From the NCBI GenBank assembly GCA_963807635.1, contig CAWEDJ010000070.1:1-16125 (forward strand): DNA of 16,125 nucleotides, written 5' to 3'. Below, one piece after another: positions 1 to 8,126 of the stretch. The notes under the pieces were generated by a model. That model worked only from the letters and a program-made list of their open reading frames with translations, made no database searches and had not been told where the DNA came from. This DNA comes from an uncultured cyanobacterium (GTDB lineage: Bacteria; Cyanobacteriota; Cyanobacteriia; Cyanobacteriales; Microcystaceae). Made by a program: the position numbers and the translations under genes. The stretch's first letter is position 1. Each line of letters starts with the position of its first letter.

Positions 1-504
1 ACTAAAATTGCTAATCGTCGCTGTTTTAATATTCGATTTAGACAGGAATGGAAAAGACTTTTTCGAGAACAAAAACCCCTATCTCTTGTCCTTTTTGATG
101 TAGATTATTTTAAAAATTATAACGACTGCTACGGCCATCCCCAGGGCGATTGTTGCCTCATTGAAATTGCTCAAACGGCCAAACAAACGGTGGGACGTTC
201 AAGCGATTTAGTCGCTCGCATTGGAGGAGAAGAATTTGCCGTCATTTTACCGAATACGAATTTAGAAGGAGCCAAATCTGCCGCAGAAAATATTCGTCTA
301 GCCATTGAATCTCTAAAAATTCCCCATCAAGATTCTCAGATTAATCATCAAGTCACGATTAGCTTGGGAATTATGAGCGTCATCCCAAAGTCGGGTCAAT
401 CTCCAACAATCCTGATAAATCAAGCCGATCAAGCCTTATTAGAAGCCAAAAGACGAGGAAAAAATCAGTCAGTTATCTTTTCTGCCATACCTGAACTATC
501 CTGA
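1..504 (+). CDS. Diguanylate cyclase (GGDEF domain), 5'-truncated by window edge
   Basis: Frame 1 is open from base 1: TKIANRR...LSLVLFDVDYFKNYNDCYGHPQGD...RSSDLVARIGGEEFAV...VTISLG...ADQALLEAKRRGKN. This shows the NRR, DxDxFK and NDxxGHxxGD motifs, an RxxD I-site and a GGEEF active site. The ORF-track start at 190 is internal. Confidence 0.95.
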   Translation, partial: TKIANRRCFNIRFRQEWKRLFREQKPLSLVLFDVDYFKNYNDCYGHPQGDCCLIEIAQTAKQTVGRSSDLVARIGGEEFAVILPNTNLEGAKSAAENIRLAIESLKIPHQDSQINHQVTISLGIMSVIPKSGQSPTILINQADQALLEAKRRGKNQSVIFSAIPELS

Positions 505-537
505 AAATTCTCAACCCGTTAAATTAAGGTATGGGCA

Positions 538-553
538 AAGGGCTTAAACCCCT
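538..553. repeat. Degenerate short GC palindrome (AAGGGCTTAAACCCCT) between convergent genes; possible REP-like element or weak terminator
   Basis: Two mismatches from the perfect palindrome AGGGGCTTAAGCCCCT; lies in the 106-bp gap between the convergent GGDEF and ffh stops. Confidence 0.35.
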
Positions 554-610
554 AATTACAAAACTTTCAACAGAATCCTTATGCAATCTACATTTGTGAC
601 AGCTTACAGT

Positions 611-2077
611 CTATAAAGTCCCAAAACCCTTTTTCTTTTTCTGTTTTTTCTGTTTGGTTTTACCGCCGCCCGTATAACTGCGAAAACCAGGTTGCGCTTG
701 CCCCCCCATTCCAGGCATTCCCATCCCAGGCATCCCCATACCCTGCATTCCTCCCATACCACCCATGCCAGGCATACCGCCGCCCCGTCCCATTTGTTGC
801 ATCATGGCTCGCATACGGGTGAAATTCGTTACTAACTTGGACACATCACTTTCACTGTGACCCGAACCTTTCGCAATCCGACGACGACGAGTAGGCATTT
901 TCGCGAGTAAATCAGGATTTTTTCTTTCTTCTACGGTCATGGAGCTAATCATCGCTTCGGTGCGTTTGAGTTCCTTTTCTCCCTTTTCAATATCCGTATT
1001 ACTAAGTTTTCCCATGCCAGGAATCATTTTTAGTAAACCGCCCAAAGATCCCATGTTTTTCATCAGCTTCATTTGCTTGAGAAAATCATCAAAATCAAAG
1101 GTAGCTTCCATGATCTTCGCTTGCATGGTTTCCACATCGGCAATGTCGATCGCTTCTTGAGCTTTTTCAACGAGGGTTAACACGTCGCCCATATTGAGAA
1201 TGCGACTGGCTAGGCGATCGGGATAAAACGGTTGTAGAGCCTCAACTTTTTCTCCTACCCCAACAAATTTAATCGGTTGACCCGACACCTGACGCACAGA
1301 TAAGGCCGCCCCGCCCCTGGTGTCCCCATCTAATTTGGTTAAAATTGCCCCTGTAATTCCAATTTCATCTTGGAAAGTACGGGTTAAATTGGCCGCTTCT
1401 TGCCCTGTCATCGCATCCACGACAAGTAAGGTATCATCGGGTTTAACGATCGCTTTAATGCGAGCTAATTCGGCCATCATTTCAGGGTCAATCTGCAAAC
1501 GACCCGCCGTATCAATCAGGACGGTATCAACCCCTAATTCCTTGGCTTTTTCCACTCCCAAACGGGCAATTTCCACGGGATCGGCATCTGCCCCCATTTC
1601 AAAAACAGGAACATCGATTTGTTTCCCCAGGGTAATTAATTGGTCGATCGCGGCGGGACGATAAACATCCGTCGCCACCATCAAGGCACTACGGTTTTCT
1701 TTTCGTAAAAATAACGCTAATTTCGCCGTTGCAGTGGTTTTTCCCGTCCCCTGTAACCCTGCCATGAGAATGACCGTGGGAGCCTTATCTGCCTGAGCCA
1801 GGGGAACATTGCTTTCCCCCATGACCTTAACCAATTCGTCATAGACAATTTTGATGAACTGCTGTCCTGGATTTACGCCCGAAATGACCTCTGCACCCAA
1901 CGCCTGTTTTTCGACTTCTGCAATGAAATTTTTAACAACTTGCAGGTTCACATCCGCCGACAACAAGGCACGACGGACTTCCTGTAATGATTCCTGAATA
2001 TTGTTAGCAGAGATTTTGTCCTGACCCCGAAGTTTTTTCCAGGCATCTTCTAGGCGATCGGCGAGAGCATCAAACAT
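611..2077 (-). CDS. ffh: Signal recognition particle protein Ffh (SRP54)
   Basis: [10 protein letters not shown]-terminus, [17 protein letters not shown] (G1), DVYRPAA, DTAGR (G3), TKLDGD (G4), GGAALS, M-domain [13 protein letters not shown] and [10 protein letters not shown], with a Gly/Met-rich tail ending KKKKGFGTL. Confidence 0.99.
   Translation of the reverse strand: MFDALADRLEDAWKKLRGQDKISANNIQESLQEVRRALLSADVNLQVVKNFIAEVEKQALGAEVISGVNPGQQFIKIVYDELVKVMGESNVPLAQADKAPTVILMAGLQGTGKTTATAKLALFLRKENRSALMVATDVYRPAAIDQLITLGKQIDVPVFEMGADADPVEIARLGVEKAKELGVDTVLIDTAGRLQIDPEMMAELARIKAIVKPDDTLLVVDAMTGQEAANLTRTFQDEIGITGAILTKLDGDTRGGAALSVRQVSGQPIKFVGVGEKVEALQPFYPDRLASRILNMGDVLTLVEKAQEAIDIADVETMQAKIMEATFDFDDFLKQMKLMKNMGSLGGLLKMIPGMGKLSNTDIEKGEKELKRTEAMISSMTVEERKNPDLLAKMPTRRRRIAKGSGHSESDVSKLVTNFTRMRAMMQQMGRGGGMPGMGGMGGMQGMGMPGMGMPGMGGQAQPGFRSYTGGGKTKQKKQKKKKGFGTL
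700..790 (-). repeat. Gly-Met-Pro low-complexity coding repeat in the Ffh C-terminal tail
   Basis: Encodes [28 protein letters not shown]; on the + strand it appears as repeated CCCAT/CCAGGCAT units. Confidence 0.85.
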
Positions 2078-2171
2078 GGTCTTTCGGTTAGGGGGAGAGA
2101 TTGGGCAGTTTTTTTATCATAAACTGAATGCTGATACTGTGACAATTGCTTTGGGTCTTGGTTGGGGAAGG

Positions 2172-2303
2172 CGATCGTGTACTGCTGGACATTATTCGAG
2201 TAGTTCCCACTTTGGAGTAGAAGCGGCTGAATTGTATTGGCACTTTGTCGACGGGGTTTGGATTATTCTCTTTTTTTTGGTAAATTTTTTAGAGTTAAAG
2301 TGA
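2172..2303 (+). pseudogene. ctaE: 3' fragment (last TM helix) of cytochrome c oxidase subunit III (ctaE/coxC-like)
   Basis: [37 protein letters not shown] carries the COX3 C-terminal signature YWHFVD..W. Only ~44 codons are present, with no upstream COX3 sequence and no ctaC/ctaD nearby. Confidence 0.85.
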
Positions 2304-2366
2304 TGGTTTGGGAGGGGCGATCGCGTCAAAGCGTCAAATAAATCGATAATTGCGGATCACACTTCT

Positions 2367-2579
2367 TTACAGATCATCTGGTGTTAATCCCGTTTTTTTA
2401 GCGATACGAGCAAGCATTTTACTTCCGATTTCATCACTATCCCGAAAAGCAAACACATAGTCTTCTCCTCCTTCTTTTTTTAGGATTTTATGGGAGCCAG
2501 TCTGACGTTTTACCTGCCATCCAAGTTTTTCTAAGGCGGTCAAAACTTTTTTTGCTTTTGTTGATGGCCATTGAGTCAT
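2367..2579 (-). CDS. hicA: HicA-family type II toxin (mRNA interferase), 70 aa
   Basis: MTQWPSTKAKKVLTALEKLGWQVKRQTGSHKILKK...DEIGSKMLARIAKKTGL shows the HicA pattern with the GSH catalytic His. AGGAG lies ~10 nt upstream of the ATG at 2579, so this start is preferred over 2606. Confidence 0.9.
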   Translation of the reverse strand: MTQWPSTKAKKVLTALEKLGWQVKRQTGSHKILKKEGGEDYVFAFRDSDEIGSKMLARIAKKTGLTPDDL

Positions 2580-2592
2580 TTTGACAAAGCTC

Positions 2593-2817
2593 CTAAGCCG
2601 CAACAAATTTAAAATTATCTAAATTCGAGACAATTTCACCATTTTCTAATTTGTCAGCGAGAACTCGTAGGGCTAAGGCTTGGACTTTAGTAATGGCTTG
2701 TTTTTGACTATTACCATAAACTAATGTACCTGGAATCTCTAGAATTTCAGCAATCCATCGGCCATCTTCTTCTTGTTCGGTTTCAATAGTAAATTGATTG
2801 ATGAGTTGTTTTTGCAT
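2593..2817 (-). CDS. hicB: HicB-family antitoxin, short form without C-terminal DNA-binding domain
   Basis: FTIETEQEEDGRWIAEILEIPGTLVYGNSQKQAITKVQALAL matches the HicB partial RNase H fold pattern (E-x-D-G-x-W...P-G...G-x-T/S-x-x-E/Q-A). It lies 13 bp upstream of hicA. Confidence 0.88.
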   Translation of the reverse strand: MQKQLINQFTIETEQEEDGRWIAEILEIPGTLVYGNSQKQAITKVQALALRVLADKLENGEIVSNLDNFKFVAA

Positions 2818-2955
2818 GAGTTAGTTCTTTAAGATTAGTAAATAATTTTATTCTATAGTACTAACCAGTTTTTTGATTTAGATAGAATTATTTACAAAAA
2901 AATCTAGATGTTGAAAGTTGCGATCGCGTTTTGTTAAAAAAAATCAGAGTAAGTT

Positions 2956-3804
2956 TTATCTAATGGTAGGTTGTCCGACTTCTGCATTATCTATTCGATC
3001 TCTCATGATTTGGGCAAATTGTTCTGCTTTTTGAGGGTCTAAAAAAGAGGCGACTTGAATTGAAGTGATTCCTTTTTCTTTTCGATATTTAGGGAAGGCA
3101 TCTCTACAATAATCTCTGCGAACTAAAAAGAGATTTGCTTGACTATTGGTAATGAAAACAGGATACCAGGCATTTTTTCCACCAGGATCTAAATCACCAC
3201 AGGAGGATAAAGGAAAATTTGGTACAAAATCCGTTGTTGAAGAATCCGTATTGTTCTGAGAATTATTGGCAAATTGATTACGAAAGTTAGTCGAAAATTT
3301 GTTTCCTAGAATAAAACTAATAATCGTTATAGGAATAAGAATGATAATAATATTTCTGAGTTGATGAGTTTTGGGCGGTGGAAGATTTGTTGGGTTTGCT
3401 GTTGGGAGTTTTTGAGTAATTGGAGGAGTGACAGGGTTAACTTTTTTTGGAGACGGTTCTAATTCTTCTGTATCAATTTGTAGTAAATGAACGGAAAGAT
3501 CGTAATACCATTTTTGAAAAGGATCGGGTTGGCTTTCTGCTTTATCGTACCAGCGATCGCGTAAAGATTTTATAATTTCTCCATCAAACGGATCACAACA
3601 AAATATATTTTTTAGTCTTTCAGATTCGTTATCAATTTTAGGGTTTTGGCGAAGTAATTCTGATTTTGCTGACTTTAATTTCTCTAAACTCATTCCCTGA
3701 TTATCACAAAATTTTGCCCAATCTTCACGGCTGACAGTAAATTCGCGATCGCGGAGAAACTCAAACGCTTCATCCAGAAATAGCTGAACTTTTGTTAGGG
3801 TCAT
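2956..3804 (-). CDS. Hypothetical single-pass membrane protein (helical N-domain, Pro-rich linker, TM, small Cys-containing extracytoplasmic domain)
   Basis: 282-aa ORF with a P/T-rich linker, hydrophobic IIIILIPITIISFILG, an N/S-rich spacer and a C-terminal CGD...WYPVFI...YCRDAF...IQVASF...AEQFAQ domain. Confidence 0.8.
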   Translation of the reverse strand: MTLTKVQLFLDEAFEFLRDREFTVSREDWAKFCDNQGMSLEKLKSAKSELLRQNPKIDNESERLKNIFCCDPFDGEIIKSLRDRWYDKAESQPDPFQKWYYDLSVHLLQIDTEELEPSPKKVNPVTPPITQKLPTANPTNLPPPKTHQLRNIIIILIPITIISFILGNKFSTNFRNQFANNSQNNTDSSTTDFVPNFPLSSCGDLDPGGKNAWYPVFITNSQANLFLVRRDYCRDAFPKYRKEKGITSIQVASFLDPQKAEQFAQIMRDRIDNAEVGQPTIR

Positions 3805-4081
3805 TGGGGGAATCTCTTACACTTACTTGAAATTACAATACTGTAAAATTATTTTTAACACATTATTGACAAAAAAGATATGATTTAGAATTACAGATTT
3901 TATTTTAAGGATCGTTTGATTGATGGTTATTCGACCATAATCGTCATAAAATTAACAAATAACCTACAGTTTCTCGATTTTCCTAGCTATTTGCTCACTG
4001 GCAGGAGATTAAGATACACGGTAAAAGTTATGAAGCGATCGCGTAAGCTATCATCAGGACTTGTATTGCAGTCAAAAAATC

Positions 4082-4735
4082 ATGTTAATCACCGTTAACC
4101 CCGAAACATTAAGCCTAAGCCCAGGTAGCGAGATCATCCTCAGAAGTCAAAGCTGGCAAGATTACGAAAACCTTTTAGCAGTTCGTAAAGATAAAAAATT
4201 GCCAAAACTCTATTTCAATGCCCAAAACCAAGAAATTTATCTTATGTCGCCCCTGCCAAGTCACGGAAACCGTATTGATACGCTTAGAGATTTAGTTAAA
4301 AGTTTATTACGCTTTCAGCAAAAAGATTGGCAATCCTTTGATCCCATCACCCTTAAACAATTCAAACAAGCAGGGGTAGAACCAGATACTTGTTTTTATA
4401 TAGCAAACTATCAAGAAATTTTGGGTAAAGAACGGATTGATTTAAGCATTGATCCACCACCTGATTTGGCAATAGAAGTTGATCTAACTTCTCTGACTAA
4501 CTTAGAAACCTATAAACCGATAGGAATTCCTGAGTTGTGGATTTATAACTCTGGAGTCTTAAAAATTTATCTTTTTGTAGATAAAAATTATCAAGAAAGT
4601 TCCCAAAGTTTACTTTTTGAGACTTGGGATGTCAAATCTATTTTGCCTAAATATGTAGAGTTAGCTTGGAATCAAGGTTCTAGTTTTGCACTAAGACAAT
4701 TTGAGCAAGAGATTTTAAATCTATCAAAAGATTAG
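4082..4735 (+). CDS. Uma2/DUF820 family PD-(D/E)xK-fold protein
   Basis: SWQDYE, MSPLPSH, GVEPDTCFY, PPPDLAIEVDLTS, YKPIGIPELWIY. ATG at 4082 is preferred over TTG at 4061. Confidence 0.92.
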   Translation: MLITVNPETLSLSPGSEIILRSQSWQDYENLLAVRKDKKLPKLYFNAQNQEIYLMSPLPSHGNRIDTLRDLVKSLLRFQQKDWQSFDPITLKQFKQAGVEPDTCFYIANYQEILGKERIDLSIDPPPDLAIEVDLTSLTNLETYKPIGIPELWIYNSGVLKIYLFVDKNYQESSQSLLFETWDVKSILPKYVELAWNQGSSFALRQFEQEILNLSKD

Positions 4736-4787
4736 AGATTTAAGATTAAGTAAAAATACAATACTTCGTAGTTAAATTCTATACAGA

Positions 4788-4815
4788 ATAAAAACATAAT
4801 ATATTATGTCCCTAC
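4788..4815. repeat. Degenerate GTAG-type REP-like palindrome
   Basis: Perfect 16-bp palindrome ACATAATATATTATGT (4794-4809) followed by CCCTAC. The left arm ATAAAA differs from the expected GTAGGG only by G>A changes. Confidence 0.6.
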
Positions 4816-4833
4816 AAAAATTTTATGTTTCAT

Positions 4834-4883
4834 CATTAAAAATACTGTATTTTAATGGTCAAAAACTTATACTACTTTATAAT
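4834..4883 (+). promoter_or_regulatory. Inverted repeat (possible operator) and candidate -10 element upstream of the 4897 gene
   Basis: CATTAAAAATAC-T-GTATTTTAATG (4834-4857, one-base bulge); TATACT at 4868-4873 and TATAAT at 4878-4883. The AT-rich context weakens this. Confidence 0.3.
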
Positions 4884-4896
4884 TTAGATCATACTC

Positions 4897-6027
4897 ATGA
4901 GTGATAATACCCTAGATACTTTAAAATTTCTGCTCAAAGATAGCCGCAAACTAGCAGAACAATTTACTGAATTTAAAACCAGTTCTCAACAATCATTAGA
5001 ACAATTTATTGAGTTTAAACAACAATTAAATAATACGATCGCTGACTTAGAAGAACGGATAGAAAAAATAGAAGAAAGCCAATCTAATGTGGGAAATCTT
5101 GCAGTTAGTAATTTTTCGCAAAGTTTCTCTAATGAAGAAATTGAACATTTGCTCGATCTCCCTTTAGAGAAAATTTTAGACGTTTATAGTGAAGTTCCCC
5201 AACTCTTAGAGATTATTTGTCGTCGGGTTGCTGTCTCAATCAATGAGGATAGCTCTAACCCTATATTAGAGCGTAATAATCAAGGAAATTATTGGGTTTT
5301 ACAATTAAGAGAACAAGGATTTTTTCTGTTACCACGATTTGGTTCATTTGTGCGCATGACAGCCCTAGAAAGTTTGCAAAGACTTTTTGAGAGTGAGGGG
5401 AAAATACCCGATTCAGGAAATCATGAATTTTTATTAAAACAACCTGCCAAACTAGAATTACTCAAACGCAATCAACGCTGGCAATTAGCAGAAAAAGGAT
5501 TGATTCAGTTTGGAGAAGCTCCCCTTGAATTTCGTTGGCAACAGGAGATTCGTCAAATGCGCGATCGCTATCAAGAATTTACCAAAATGCTCGAAAAAGT
5601 CGGACAAGCGGGATTAGAAGCAACCGTTACAACCCAACGCTGGCAACAGGAATTAGAACAACGCTATGGCGAACCTGTTAGCATCATGATTAATACTTGT
5701 ATGCCCATGGCCTATGCGATTTATAAAGGGCCAACCCTAGTTCCTTGTCATGTCATTTTGACAAAAGGAATTTGTTTAGTTCAACCCGCCTGGGATCGGG
5801 GTGTTCCCTGGGATACTTCGATTTATGCAAAATCTCACAGTAGAAATGTACTGCGTTCGAGTCCCGATCATCCGATTTTGGCTAATCAGCCTTATTTTAA
5901 AGAGATTACCTATTTAAAAGAGCAAAAAAATCAGACCTGGGCGATCGCCAATACCTATCAAGAAGCTTCCCGTATTATTTCTTTACTGAATGGCAATTGG
6001 GGATCACTAGAAGACTTTCCGAGTTGA
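4897..6027 (+). CDS. Hypothetical protein: N-terminal coiled coil, unnamed 'PAKL..W..EKG' domain, unknown C-terminal domain
   Basis: 376-aa ORF with a heptad-like N-terminus containing a 14-aa duplication (EQFTEFK/EQFIEFK) and a central LERNNQGNYWVL...FFLLPR...LFESEG...KQPAKLELL...WQLAEKGLIQF segment. Confidence 0.85.
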   Translation: MSDNTLDTLKFLLKDSRKLAEQFTEFKTSSQQSLEQFIEFKQQLNNTIADLEERIEKIEESQSNVGNLAVSNFSQSFSNEEIEHLLDLPLEKILDVYSEVPQLLEIICRRVAVSINEDSSNPILERNNQGNYWVLQLREQGFFLLPRFGSFVRMTALESLQRLFESEGKIPDSGNHEFLLKQPAKLELLKRNQRWQLAEKGLIQFGEAPLEFRWQQEIRQMRDRYQEFTKMLEKVGQAGLEATVTTQRWQQELEQRYGEPVSIMINTCMPMAYAIYKGPTLVPCHVILTKGICLVQPAWDRGVPWDTSIYAKSHSRNVLRSSPDHPILANQPYFKEITYLKEQKNQTWAIANTYQEASRIISLLNGNWGSLEDFPS

Positions 6028-6283
6028 GGAGGTTTTCTGAAAAAAATCAGTAATTTTACGGTTGCAATTTGATTCTATTGCCCAAAAAAGTAGCTTTTAG
6101 GTTAAAAAAATCTCTTTAAATCGACAAGGCAATTATTAAAATTCTTTAATGCCTTGTAAAATCTCTATGAATGAGTTATGGTTATTAAAATTGAAATAAA
6201 TTTTTAAGTAGCTTGAATCCTTCATCAATATTTTTATTAGTTTTTGTTGTCTATATCTGTGTCATTAAAAATAGATTAACCTT

Positions 6284-7600
6284 ATGTCATTTTCGGGGTT
6301 TCGATTCGTAAGTCTTGGATTAATCACTATTTTACTAACTTCCTGTGGGGGAAAAGGTCTTCAGTGTGTGGACAAACCTCAAGCTGATTCAGACAAAGAT
6401 CCTTTCAAAAATGTAAAGGTGGAAGTTGGCATTGATGGAAGTGCTTCCATGTTGGGTTATGTCAAAAATCCAGGGACTCGTTATAGTCAGGCGATCGATT
6501 CCTTGAGTTCCGTACTTCAAAACAAACCTGCTCAATATTGGCGTATTGGTCGAGGCGAGAAAGTAAGCGAACCCCAAGCTCTGACGGCGAATGAATTTCT
6601 TAATGCCCGCAAAGAAGAATTTTATGATTGTAAATTGCCAGGCTCCAATTTTGCTTGTGTCAGCAGTTCTTTAGATCAAATTTATGCGATCGCGAAAGAC
6701 AATCCCAAAGAAGATGCCCTAAGAATTTTATTAACGGATTTGGAACCCGATCAATCGGCTATCACATCACTGTCGGGAAAAATTAGTGCGGAATTGAAGG
6801 CAAATCGAGGTTATAAAGCAGTTTTATTAGGTGTTCGGAGTGAATACAATGGCAATGTGTTTTCGGCAGAGACAGGTAATGTGGCAGTTCCTAACTACAT
6901 TTCAAATGATAAAGATGTTGATCAAAAAGGAAGACCTTTTTATGTCTTGATGACGGGGCCAGGTGCGGCGGTTGATGCGATTGTTACAAATTTGCGACAG
7001 TTACCCCTGGATGTTAATCAAGCTTTTCGAGCCTCTTCCTTTACCATTGGGGGAATTGATGCCATTACCTTGGATAAAACCAATCTTAAGCTGAAATTCA
7101 ATGAGTGTATGAACCAAACAGGTGCGATTAAGAAAACTCGTCCCCCAAAAAGTCAAATGGATCAATGGCTTTTATTGGAACAAAGTTGTATTAATAAACC
7201 GTTATCTTTAGAAATTCCTTCTGAACCAGCCGTAACTTTGGCAGGGGCAGAACTTACACCTGAAATGTTTAAAACTTCTAGTCCTGCCGTCAAATTGCAA
7301 TCAATTGCGGTGAGTGAGGATAAAATGAAATTGAGCTTAATTTTAGACGGTGAACAGATTCCCAAGAAAACAGGTCAAGAGATTTATATTAGCTTGCAAA
7401 AACGGGATTTGGATCAGGCACTTTGGAAAAATTGGGATACAACCGTCGCGGCTCCTGATGGAGCAAAAACTCAAAATCTGGCTCTTTTTATTAGTACGTT
7501 ACGTGGTGAAGTGGAGAACGCCGTTCAAGATCCCAAGAAAAAAGCCGCTACCCTAGAAGCGATTAAATATTGTTTGGGTTTAACTCGCACTGATAAATAA
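6284..7600 (+). CDS. Lipoprotein with vWA-like (MIDAS) domain
   Basis: Signal peptide with lipobox LTSC (Cys21, 6344-6346); beta-strand plus DGSAS (DxSxS, 6434-6448); later ILLTD (TD at 6734-6739); AVLLGVRSEYNG and RPFYVLMTG segments. Confidence 0.8.
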   Translation: MSFSGFRFVSLGLITILLTSCGGKGLQCVDKPQADSDKDPFKNVKVEVGIDGSASMLGYVKNPGTRYSQAIDSLSSVLQNKPAQYWRIGRGEKVSEPQALTANEFLNARKEEFYDCKLPGSNFACVSSSLDQIYAIAKDNPKEDALRILLTDLEPDQSAITSLSGKISAELKANRGYKAVLLGVRSEYNGNVFSAETGNVAVPNYISNDKDVDQKGRPFYVLMTGPGAAVDAIVTNLRQLPLDVNQAFRASSFTIGGIDAITLDKTNLKLKFNECMNQTGAIKKTRPPKSQMDQWLLLEQSCINKPLSLEIPSEPAVTLAGAELTPEMFKTSSPAVKLQSIAVSEDKMKLSLILDGEQIPKKTGQEIYISLQKRDLDQALWKNWDTTVAAPDGAKTQNLALFISTLRGEVENAVQDPKKKAATLEAIKYCLGLTRTDK

Positions 7601-7617
7601 TTTAGAGGTTAATTTCT

Positions 7618-8121
7618 ATGAAATCTAAAGACTTTTTCGCTTTGATAATTGCTTTCGCTATAGCAACAGGCTTTGTCTTATTACTCAAACCCTATCTTTT
7701 TAATGAGCCTATACTTCCCTTAACCATGAGTAGTAATGAAATAGAAGACTGGATGGGATCGATTTTTTGGCCCACTACTTTTATTCTTTATGGACTAGGG
7801 ACTTTATTCCTATTTATTTGGATTTTAAAGGCGGCTAGAACTCAGTTTATGACAGCAACAGAAGTACTTTCTAATCAAACTTTTTGGTGGATATTGTTGG
7901 CTGTTTACTGGATTTTAGGAATTGTTATTTTTATGTCGGTTTCTTTTTTTAGCGGTTGGATGGACGGCACAAAAAGTATTGAACCCCTATTCTGGTTTCC
8001 GCCTTTTGTGGTTCTTGATGGTATTTTCCTCTTTTGGCTACCGACTGCGATCGCCACTCCCCGATCCATGCGCTACGTTCCCCCCTTTGCCATGACTTTA
8101 CGCAAACTTTACGGAGGTTAA
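7618..8121 (+). CDS. Integral membrane protein with four predicted TM helices
   Basis: 167 aa with four long hydrophobic stretches; GAGG RBS upstream; 17 bp after the lipoprotein stop and 5 bp before the next start. Confidence 0.85.
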   Translation: MKSKDFFALIIAFAIATGFVLLLKPYLFNEPILPLTMSSNEIEDWMGSIFWPTTFILYGLGTLFLFIWILKAARTQFMTATEVLSNQTFWWILLAVYWILGIVIFMSVSFFSGWMDGTKSIEPLFWFPPFVVLDGIFLFWLPTAIATPRSMRYVPPFAMTLRKLYGG

Positions 8122-8126
8122 AAACT

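Noticed and set aside
939..1664. + strand ORFs 939-1160 and 1320-1664
   Set aside because: Antisense shadows of ffh with no recognisable motifs.
2076..2303. 75-aa ORF as a functional gene
   Set aside because: Its ATG overlaps the ffh start head-to-head and the first ~32 codons cross the ffh promoter region. Only the last ~44 codons resemble COX3, so it is treated as a relic.
3866..3891. TTGACA...TAGAAT as a sigma70 promoter
   Set aside because: The spacer is only 14 bp and the region is very AT-rich.
3916..4098. 60-aa ORF
   Set aside because: TTG start, no motifs, overlaps the Uma2 start; likely spurious.
8034..8126. Upstream TTG start for the tubulin-like gene (and similarly 14118 for the 2-TM gene)
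   Set aside because: Both overlap the preceding gene by ~90 bp; the ATGs at 8127 and 14217 have good RBSs and fit the operon spacing.
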